Source: Vibrio phage 2.275.O._10N.286.54.E11. Taken from it: a stretch of 24,000 nt of DNA. The stretch lies in the sequence record MG592671.1; one strand, given 5' to 3'. Numbering within the stretch: position 1 is the first letter of the stretch; each line of letters begins with the position of its first letter. The notes under the pieces are model-generated. The model saw only the letters and a program-made list of their open reading frames with translations. It was not told where the DNA came from and ran no database searches. Below are positions 8,574 to 16,141 of this stretch, piece by piece. Made by a program: the position numbers and the translations under genes.

Positions 8574-9095
8574 TTGTCAACTCAACCAGAGCTTTTGGCG
8601 AACGAGAATATCGAAGCTGAGTCAGTACGTCTAGTACATAAAGAAATTGGCTTTAACCAAGTGATGAGTATCAAGGACGCTTTACTTATTGCAACGAACG
8701 AGAATCTTGATCTAGTACAAATGTCAGATCAAGAAGTTCCTGTTGTGAAGCTTATGGACTTAAACAAGTACAAATTTGAACAACAGCAAAAAGCTCGAGC
8801 TCAACGCAAAAATCAGCGTGAGACAACAATCAAAACAAAAGAAATTCAACTTTCACTAGACATTCAACAAAATGACATGCTAGTTAAGTTGAAGAAAGCT
8901 AACAAGTTCCTTTCGAAGGGAAATCACTTGAAAGTATCTTTACGATTACATGGTCGAGCGCGCTCAAATGCATCCATGCAAGATCTTGCTATTGAGAAAG
9001 TGCAAGAATTTGTTGGAATGCTAGATGCACACGAAGTGACTGCAGCTCCTAAGAAAGCTGATACCATTGTGTGCTTGGTGAAACCAAACGCATAA
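8574..9095 (+). CDS. infC: Translation initiation factor IF-3 homologue (both domains), TTG start
   Basis: NENIEAESVRLVH...DALLIATNENLDLVQMSDQEVPVVKLMDLNKYKFEQQQKARAQRKNQ...TIKTKEIQLSLDIQQNDMLVKLKKANKFLSKGNHLKVSLRLHGR matches IF3-N, linker and IF3-C. AAGGAG lies 6 nt before TTG 8574. Confidence 0.9.
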   Translation: MSTQPELLANENIEAESVRLVHKEIGFNQVMSIKDALLIATNENLDLVQMSDQEVPVVKLMDLNKYKFEQQQKARAQRKNQRETTIKTKEIQLSLDIQQNDMLVKLKKANKFLSKGNHLKVSLRLHGRARSNASMQDLAIEKVQEFVGMLDAHEVTAAPKKADTIVCLVKPNA

Positions 9096-9105
9096 GGAAT
9101 ATGCA

Positions 9106-9351
9106 ATGGCATTTAATAAAATCCTAAAAGGAACTTCAGTTCAGCCACGTTCTGAATCAGATAAAGACTTTGATCATGCACTGCGAAAGTTTAAGCGCAA
9201 CATGAAGGAGTCTGGACTAATCGAGGAAGTACGTGAGCGTCAGCACTACACGTCAAAAGGTGAAAAACGTCGTGAAGCTAAAAAAGCAGCAAAACGTCGA
9301 ACTAAGCGAAGCCTCATAAAAGAACAAGAACTCCGAAAGCCAAAGTTCTAA
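9106..9351 (+). CDS. rpsU: Ribosomal protein bS21 homologue
   Basis: VQPRSESDKDFDHALRKFKRNMKESGLIEEVRERQHYTSKGEKRREAKKAAKRRTKRSL matches the bS21 pattern (ALRRFKR..EKAGVL.EVRRREFYEKP..RKR...A). AAGGA RBS. Confidence 0.87.
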   Translation: MAFNKILKGTSVQPRSESDKDFDHALRKFKRNMKESGLIEEVRERQHYTSKGEKRREAKKAAKRRTKRSLIKEQELRKPKF

Positions 9352-9356
9352 TCAAT

Positions 9357-9382
9357 AATGGCGCTAGCTCGCTAGCGCCATT
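9357..9382 (+). terminator. Terminator-like hairpin aatggcgctagc-tc-gctagcgccatt
   Basis: Perfect 12-nt inverted repeat just after the bS21 stop. Only a weak following pyrimidine tract. Confidence 0.65.
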
Positions 9383-9448
9383 CTCTTGCCCATCTCCCTG
9401 ATGCATTAATCTTTTTACAACCTATGTTATATTTTTGAGGAGAGTCCA

Positions 9449-9805
9449 ATGTCAGGACCACTACGATACCCTGTTGAAATCCATAATGATGATAAAACAC
9501 CCTTTTCTGTTGTTGTGCAAATAATCAACGAGCTTTTCGGCTACAGTCGTGACGAAGCAGTTGCTCTTACTGAACAAGTAGATCAAGAAGGTTCGGCCGT
9601 TCTAGGTGAGTTTTTATACGAGATTGCAGAAACTAAAGTCTCTGAAGTCCAACAGATCAACAAACTAAATGACTTAGACGTGCAAATCACAATTGACACA
9701 TCTCAAGACAAAACTAATGAAACTAGCGTTGAGTTAACTGAAGAGATGATCCAAAGTCTGCTTGATGAGCTCATGAAGCGAGGAAGTGATGATGAAGAAG
9801 ATTAA
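9449..9805 (+). CDS. clpS: ClpS-like ATP-dependent protease adaptor
   Basis: YPVEIHNDDKTPFSVVVQIINELFGYSRDEAVALTEQVDQEGSAVLGEFLYEIAETKVSEVQQI aligns ungapped with ClpS NDDYTPMEFVIDVL...G...AETKV. Confidence 0.82.
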   Translation: MSGPLRYPVEIHNDDKTPFSVVVQIINELFGYSRDEAVALTEQVDQEGSAVLGEFLYEIAETKVSEVQQINKLNDLDVQITIDTSQDKTNETSVELTEEMIQSLLDELMKRGSDDEED

Positions 9806-9811
9806 TAAATA
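9804..9811 (+). promoter_or_regulatory. AATAAATA, possible late-promoter-like element
   Basis: One mismatch to TATAAATA. Overlaps the ClpS stop and lies about 32 nt before the 9844 ORF. Confidence 0.3.
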
Positions 9812-9840
9812 GTTGTAAATTAATACTATTTGGAGATTAA

Positions 9841-10377
<537 letters not shown>

Positions 10378-10401
10378 TGTAAATTACTACAGGATGTTAG
10401 T

Positions 10402-10923
10402 ATGAAGAAGACTACTGAAGCGCAAAAAATCCGTTCTATTATAGGAACCCTAGAAGAGGCAGTTCAACCATATAATATACAAGGGACTCGAGCAGAGTTC
10501 AAGGTCCAACGAACAGTTACTGACACTATAGAAGTAACATTTGACATTGGTGAAGATAGTCCAAATGTCGCTCGTGTTGACTTTGACTCAGAGTTATTTG
10601 GTGAGAATGAAGCAGTTGCTGATCCTAAATCAGCAATGGATATATTCCAAACAATCCAAGCAGTTATTATTGATTTTTACGATAGTAACAAAGGTAATTT
10701 TGTTGGATTTAACTATGAGCCATCATTAAACAACAAATCCCAGAGAATGAGGATTTATGATTCACTCGCCATAAAATTACTAAACCAACTCACTAAGTCA
10801 AAAACTGCATTCTTTTTTGAAGATAACAATATGACGTATGTGCTGTTTGTTGAAGATGTTATTAATATCTGGGGACAAGACGCATATAACGAATTAGTTA
10901 ATGCTTATGGGGATCCTATTTAA
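10402..10923 (+). CDS. Hypothetical protein, 173 aa
   Basis: Clear ORF. Its stop overlaps the next ATG (taATG). Confidence 0.7.
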   Translation: MKKTTEAQKIRSIIGTLEEAVQPYNIQGTRAEFKVQRTVTDTIEVTFDIGEDSPNVARVDFDSELFGENEAVADPKSAMDIFQTIQAVIIDFYDSNKGNFVGFNYEPSLNNKSQRMRIYDSLAIKLLNQLTKSKTAFFFEDNNMTYVLFVEDVINIWGQDAYNELVNAYGDPI

Positions 10924-11492
10924 TGAATGAAAAAGCAAAACGGATTGTTCCAAAATATAATCCATCTGATATAAAGTCAGTTATTAACAGTGAAAGTTGG
11001 GATTTACATTTCAATCAATTATATAAAGGATACTGTCAAAAATATAATGATGGTGATCACAGCGAGTATATTGAAGGTGGTTGGAAGTTACACGAGGCAT
11101 TCTTCGAGCAACTAAAGCCTAGTAGTAACGATGTTCCTACTGATGCTGCTAATGATTTAATAACTTCAAAGTTTGGAACATTTAGTAACTTTAAAAGCGA
11201 ATTTTTAGATAAATCAATCTCATTCCACGGGAGTGGATGGTGCTACTTATCTACTGATGGCAAAATAAAAACTATTAATTTGCATAAGCCGAAAGATGAT
11301 ATTGCATTAATTGTTGATTTATGGGAGCACAGCTTTGTGCAAACATTTGAGTCTAAAAAACATGAATATATCAATAATATATGGAAAATAATCGATTGGG
11401 ATATAGTTTCAGACAGAATATTATCAAAAAACCATAAAATGCTTGATGAAAGTGTAAACATTCGTCATTTAATAAATTTTATATCTAAATAA
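10923..11492 (+). CDS. Fe/Mn superoxide dismutase-like protein
   Basis: LHFNQLYKGY, WKLHEAFFEQLKP, KFGTFSNFKSEF, SISFHGSGWCYLS, VDLWEHSF and IWKIIDW fit the SodA/SodB pattern. Metal ligands H29, H57, D132 and H136 appear retained. Confidence 0.82.
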   Translation: MNEKAKRIVPKYNPSDIKSVINSESWDLHFNQLYKGYCQKYNDGDHSEYIEGGWKLHEAFFEQLKPSSNDVPTDAANDLITSKFGTFSNFKSEFLDKSISFHGSGWCYLSTDGKIKTINLHKPKDDIALIVDLWEHSFVQTFESKKHEYINNIWKIIDWDIVSDRILSKNHKMLDESVNIRHLINFISK

Positions 11493-11501
11493 AAGTTTTA
11501 T

Positions 11502-11525
11502 GAAAGGGAGCTTGACTCCCTTTCC
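11502..11525 (+). terminator. Terminator-like hairpin gaaagggag-cttga-ctccctttcc
   Basis: Perfect stem followed by a short T-containing tract, at a gene end. Confidence 0.6.
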
Positions 11526-11595
11526 TTATGATTATCAAAAATCATTAACATACTATTTCTATGACTTGAATAGTTGCAACATTACCAGCTAAATA

Positions 11596-11605
11596 TGTTA
11601 TAATA
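11596..11605 (+). promoter_or_regulatory. TGTTATAATA extended -10-like motif upstream of topoisomerase
   Basis: Exact recurrent motif, 48 nt before the ATG. Confidence 0.6.
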
Positions 11606-11653
11606 ATAAACTAGCAATAAACTCAACTAATTAACTCCAAGGAACACTCCTCG

Positions 11654-13774
11654 ATGGCAAAAAATACTCAAACTTCAGCAGCTGATGCGCATGGCATTAA
11701 GAAGCTAAACGACTATCTACACCTACGTATACGTACTGAGATGTATCTCGGCTCACGTGGTCGACACACACAAAATACACTGCTTCACACTGATGCAGGT
11801 CCGTTTGTGCTAAATGTGACGTGGGTACCTGCATTACTTACTGCATTCCGTGAAGTTATTGATAACTCACTAGACGAATTTACAAAAGCTGGCATAAAGT
11901 CAGGAATACTTAAAGTAACATATGATCCAGACACTATGTCTTTTATCATTTCAGACAACGGCCGAGGTATCCCAATTGACTGGGATCATAACGAAAGCGT
12001 TAACTTAGCATCAATGGTTATGTCTGAACTTAAAGCTGGTCGAAACTTTAATGATGACGAGCGTGAAGGCGTAGCTGGAATGAACGGCCTAGGTGGGTCA
12101 TGTGTAACTAACATTGCTGAGTACTTCGAACTTGAGGTAGTGCGCGGCGGTCGACCATTTAATGATCATTTTGATGAAGACTTGGAAGACGAATACAGTG
12201 ATGAAGAGCTACTTCAAATAGAAATGAATAGCGCTAAGAACGATTATTCAGGCAATTTCTGCTTCAAACAAGTGTTTGAAGAAGGTGAAAGTGAGCTTAT
12301 TATCGGCGATCCGATAATTGAACAATCAAAACAAAAAACCACTGGAACGACTATCACATTTACTCTTAGTCAAGAAGTGTTTAAAGAAATGGTCTTGCCT
12401 GAGCCACTAATCGAATCGTTACTACGTGAAATCGCTGCCGCTAACCCCAATCATAAGATCTATTTCAATGAAACGTTGTTGAAATCTAAGAAGATTATTG
12501 AAGACACGTTGTTCCCTAAAAATAATGTGATTAAACACTCAGTTAATATTCCTGGATTCGTTAGTGATTTCTTCTTAGTGACTGACTTACTAGACGAAGC
12601 TGACGAGACATCATTTTTAATGCACGGATTAGTTAATAACATCCCAGTATTTGATGGCGGTAATCATTTAGATGAGTTTAAAAAGCGTCTAGCGTTAGGT
12701 CTAATTCCTGTCTTGGAAAAGGAAGGAAAACGACTCAAAAATAGACTAAAACCAAATCGTAGTGATATTGAGCATGGACTGCTGATCTATAACAACACGA
12801 CTATGAATGCGCCGTACTTCAACGGACAGGCTAAAACTAAGCTCATTAATGATGAGGTTGAAGATCATGTTAAGAACTCTATGGATGAAAAGTTCTTTAC
12901 TACAGTTGTTAAGCAGAACAAGGAGTGGGTAGATAAAATATTCGAACGCACTGCACAACGTACGAATAAAAAAGATCTAGACGCTAACGGCAAAGCTGCA
13001 AAGAGAAATTTACGTAATAAAGTTGCCAAGCTTGATGATGCCCACTTTGCTGGTAAAGCTGTTAAAAAGAATGACACTATCTTGTTCCTGACTGAAGGTG
13101 ATTCAGCAAACAACATGTCTGAAGTTAAGAACAACAAGATTCACGGAACTCTTCCATTGCGTGGTAAAATCCTAAACGTTATGGATCCTAAAGTCGGTAT
13201 TCCTGAAATTTTAGGACTTAAAAAGAAGAGTGCCAAAGCAACTGATAAGAAAGATGAAAAGCCAAAATCATCCAGCACAGCAGACATTATGAATGCTATT
13301 GGTTTAGTTCCAGGTGAAAAGGCAGTACGAAACAAATTACGCTATGGTTCTATCTGTATCGCAACTGATATGGATCCTGATGGAGCGAACATTGCAGCGT
13401 TGATCGTGAACTTCCTTTACAAATACTGGCCTGAGTTGTTTGAAGATGCTGACAACCCGTTTGTGTATGTTTTCATGACTCCGTTTATCATCTTGCACAA
13501 AGGCAAGCAGCGCGAGTACTTTTACTTACACGACTATGAAGATTTTAGTCCATCAGACTGGAAAGGTTGGGGAGTTCGACGTGCTAAAGGTCTAGGTACC
13601 CTACAAAAAGCTGATTGGAAAAATGCTTTTGATGATTTAAAAGTTCTGCCTGTAGTTGAAGACGATAATCTTGAGTCTACACTAGACCTTATCTTTAATA
13701 AAGATAGAGCGGACGACAGAAAACGCTGGATGATGTCAGATGAAGCGTGGGATGAGTGGCAACAAGGCCACTAA
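11654..13774 (+). CDS. 39: Type II DNA topoisomerase large subunit (T4 gp39+gp60-like, GHKL + transducer + TOPRIM)
   Basis: EVIDNSLDEF, ISDNGRGIPIDWD, GMNGLGGSCVTNIA, FLTEGDSANNMS, GTLPLRGKILNV, IATDMDPDGANIAALI. Confidence 0.93.
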   Translation: MAKNTQTSAADAHGIKKLNDYLHLRIRTEMYLGSRGRHTQNTLLHTDAGPFVLNVTWVPALLTAFREVIDNSLDEFTKAGIKSGILKVTYDPDTMSFIISDNGRGIPIDWDHNESVNLASMVMSELKAGRNFNDDEREGVAGMNGLGGSCVTNIAEYFELEVVRGGRPFNDHFDEDLEDEYSDEELLQIEMNSAKNDYSGNFCFKQVFEEGESELIIGDPIIEQSKQKTTGTTITFTLSQEVFKEMVLPEPLIESLLREIAAANPNHKIYFNETLLKSKKIIEDTLFPKNNVIKHSVNIPGFVSDFFLVTDLLDEADETSFLMHGLVNNIPVFDGGNHLDEFKKRLALGLIPVLEKEGKRLKNRLKPNRSDIEHGLLIYNNTTMNAPYFNGQAKTKLINDEVEDHVKNSMDEKFFTTVVKQNKEWVDKIFERTAQRTNKKDLDANGKAAKRNLRNKVAKLDDAHFAGKAVKKNDTILFLTEGDSANNMSEVKNNKIHGTLPLRGKILNVMDPKVGIPEILGLKKKSAKATDKKDEKPKSSSTADIMNAIGLVPGEKAVRNKLRYGSICIATDMDPDGANIAALIVNFLYKYWPELFEDADNPFVYVFMTPFIILHKGKQREYFYLHDYEDFSPSDWKGWGVRRAKGLGTLQKADWKNAFDDLKVLPVVEDDNLESTLDLIFNKDRADDRKRWMMSDEAWDEWQQGH

Positions 13775-13778
13775 TCTC

Positions 13779-13808
13779 TTTTATTGCAGGGCTAGCCCTG
13801 CAATAAAA
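13779..13808 (+). repeat. 30-nt perfect palindrome ttttattgcagggct|agccctgcaataaaa between topoisomerase subunit genes
   Basis: Read directly. Could be a hairpin with a ctag loop. Confidence 0.85.
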
Positions 13809-13819
13809 CCATTAACTTA

Positions 13820-13829
13820 TGTTACAATA
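13820..13829 (+). promoter_or_regulatory. TGTTACAATA, one-mismatch copy of the recurrent promoter-like motif
   Basis: 42 nt upstream of the gp52-like ATG at 13872. Confidence 0.5.
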
Positions 13830-13871
13830 AAACACTATAAAACTCTACTATTAACGCCAAGGACACGCCTT

Positions 13872-15278
13872 ATGACTAACAAATCAAAAATGACACTACT
13901 ACCGATTAATGGTACTGATCATCTGGATAAATCAAATAACGAATATGCAATCTATACCGCTTTAAATCGCGGAATTCCTTCTGCTTGGGATGGCCAAAAA
14001 GACGGTAACCGCAAAGCACTGTACATCCTTAAAAAACACACAAAAGAAATTAAAACTATATCACTTGCAGGTGAGATGATTAGTTCTGGTTTGTACTTGC
14101 ACGGTGACGCAGCAGCGGCTGGTGGTATTAGTGGACTTGCAGCTCACTATAAAAACAATTTACCCTTAATTGAAGGTATCGGTAACTTTGGATCGCGCAA
14201 GCAGCCAGGAGCCTATGGTGCACCTCGTTACACATACGTTAATCAAAGCTCCGTGACTAAAGAAGTCTTATATCCAGATATTGATTTATCTCCAATGAAG
14301 CCAAATTATGATGGCTCAGTGATGGAACCAAAACATTTCCTACCCATTGTTCCTATTGGCCTATTAAACGGCGCGGAAGGTATGGCGATGGGCTTTAGTA
14401 CAAATATTTTCCCTCACTCATTTTCTGATATTATCCAAGCGACTATTGATGTATTGGACGGGAAGATGCCAGCACTTATCCCTAAGTATGATTGTTTCAA
14501 CTCAGATTATCCAATCGTATTAGCAAAAAATAAGTTTGAATTTGTCGGCGACGTTGAAATTATCAACGATCAAACTGTAGCTATTACCAATCTACCACCA
14601 AACTACACAGTGGAAAAGATTATGGAGAAGTTATATGACATGTCTGATGATCCTAACTCTCCAGTTAGAGATATAGAAGAAGATTCAAATGATAGCATTC
14701 TTATTGTTGTGAAATTTGAGCGCGGAACATGTAAGAACTGGGACAAAGATGACGCAATTGATTTCCTTGAACTGTACAAACGAGATACTCAGCGTCTTGT
14801 AATGGTTGATTGGGATGGGGAAACCATCCGACAGTTTACTTCTGCAGAACAGTATGTTATTGAGTTTGTTGAAAAGCGCTTTGGATTTTACGTAGTTCGC
14901 TACCAAACCTATCTTGATGAAACACTCCATAAATTAGCTCAGTGGAGTTTAGTTAAGGCATGTTACGACGGTAACTTACCAGGCAAACTTAAAAAATTCA
15001 ACAGTAAACAAGAGTTAGTTGATGAGATTTCTTCCATTAATAACAAGAAGAAATGTGGTGCTAACAAGAAACAAATTGAAAGTGTAGCTTCGCTTCCAAC
15101 ATATCGTTGGGTTAAAGATAACTATCAAGAGGTACTTGATAAGATTACTAGTCTTGAGGAAGACCGTGATTATTACGAAGAGTTGCTAGACGATCATGAT
15201 TTAATTTGGGCCATTTACAGAGAAGAAGTTAACGCTTTGCAAGCTAAAACTTACGACACTGGGCGTGAAGCAGTATAA
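13872..15278 (+). CDS. 52: Type II DNA topoisomerase medium subunit (T4 gp52-like, GyrA/ParC family)
   Basis: EYAIYTALNRGIPSAWDGQKDGNRK, SLAGEMISSGLYLHGDA, LPLIEGIGNFGSRKQPGAYGAPRYTYV (catalytic Tyr), GLLNGAEGMAMGFSTNIFPH. Start trimmed from the listed 13740. Confidence 0.93.
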   Translation: MTNKSKMTLLPINGTDHLDKSNNEYAIYTALNRGIPSAWDGQKDGNRKALYILKKHTKEIKTISLAGEMISSGLYLHGDAAAAGGISGLAAHYKNNLPLIEGIGNFGSRKQPGAYGAPRYTYVNQSSVTKEVLYPDIDLSPMKPNYDGSVMEPKHFLPIVPIGLLNGAEGMAMGFSTNIFPHSFSDIIQATIDVLDGKMPALIPKYDCFNSDYPIVLAKNKFEFVGDVEIINDQTVAITNLPPNYTVEKIMEKLYDMSDDPNSPVRDIEEDSNDSILIVVKFERGTCKNWDKDDAIDFLELYKRDTQRLVMVDWDGETIRQFTSAEQYVIEFVEKRFGFYVVRYQTYLDETLHKLAQWSLVKACYDGNLPGKLKKFNSKQELVDEISSINNKKKCGANKKQIESVASLPTYRWVKDNYQEVLDKITSLEEDRDYYEELLDDHDLIWAIYREEVNALQAKTYDTGREAV

Positions 15279-15283
15279 CCCTA

Positions 15284-15291
15284 GATAAATA
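15284..15291 (+). promoter_or_regulatory. GATAAATA, possible late-promoter-like element
   Basis: One mismatch to TATAAATA, about 28 nt before the 15320 ORF. Confidence 0.35.
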
Positions 15292-15319
15292 GATAATACT
15301 ACATAAAGGAGTATTATCT

Positions 15320-16141
15320 ATGCCAAAAAAGAAAACATTAGACCAGCACATTAGTGATGTTAAAGAGAGAAATCTTAAATTTAATGATGGTACTTATATA
15401 ATTCTTGAGCTGCCTAAAGAAGACACAGGTGTTTTTGCAAAATTTAAATACCTGTGTACTATTTGCAATTCATCTAGTGTTATTTGCATTAACGATGCAA
15501 AAGTTGGGTGTGGGTGTAAGCAATGCAAGATCAACGCACAAACAACGTCCGATGAAGCTTATTTGCACGACATACTGAACAACCTAAAGTTTAAAGATTA
15601 CATAATATGCTATCCTGAACGTAAGATTAAACGAAAAACTACTATTACATATTATTGCAAACTATGTAATGAATTAAAAACAATCACTGCTAGATCTGCC
15701 AAAGCAGGACATGGTTGTGAGAAGTGTGGAAAAGTAGGGAGAATATGCAACACAACTTTGATGCGCAATGCACATCTTAGGAATAAAGATAGCTTTCTAT
15801 ATATAAACAAATTTGATGATGAAGTTAGCAAAGAAATATATTTTAAAATAGGTATATCTTCGCGAGGGTCTAGAACTGCCAATAAAATTGACAGTGCGAC
15901 TATGTCTAGCATCATTATCCATAAAACTACAACAGTAAAAGCATTTCTTATAGAACAGACTTTACTGAATATGACTAAAAACAATAGATTCACGCATGAA
16001 GCGTATATAAAAGATGGTGGTACAGAATTTGTATATAGTTTACCTATTAATTATAAAGATATAATTAGTGATATAGATTCTAAAAATGAAGAAGAACTCA
16101 TTAATCTTCTTGCATCACCAAATATGCAAGGAGAAAAATAA
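15320..16141 (+). CDS. Putative GIY-YIG/T5orf172-like nuclease with Cys-rich zinc-binding repeats (possible homing endonuclease)
   Basis: Two Cys clusters (CTIC...CGCKQC; CKLC...GCEKC), then FLYINKFDDEVSKEIYFKIGISSRGSRTANKI...KAFLIEQTLLN, like a divergent GIY-YIG core. Confidence 0.6.
   Translation: MPKKKTLDQHISDVKERNLKFNDGTYIILELPKEDTGVFAKFKYLCTICNSSSVICINDAKVGCGCKQCKINAQTTSDEAYLHDILNNLKFKDYIICYPERKIKRKTTITYYCKLCNELKTITARSAKAGHGCEKCGKVGRICNTTLMRNAHLRNKDSFLYINKFDDEVSKEIYFKIGISSRGSRTANKIDSATMSSIIIHKTTTVKAFLIEQTLLNMTKNNRFTHEAYIKDGGTEFVYSLPINYKDIISDIDSKNEEELINLLASPNMQGEK

Noticed and set aside
13740-13871. 44-codon N-terminal extension of the gp52-like ORF
   Set aside because: It crosses a perfect palindrome and a promoter-like motif. 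ATG 13872 has an AAGGAC upstream and begins the recognisable family N-terminus.
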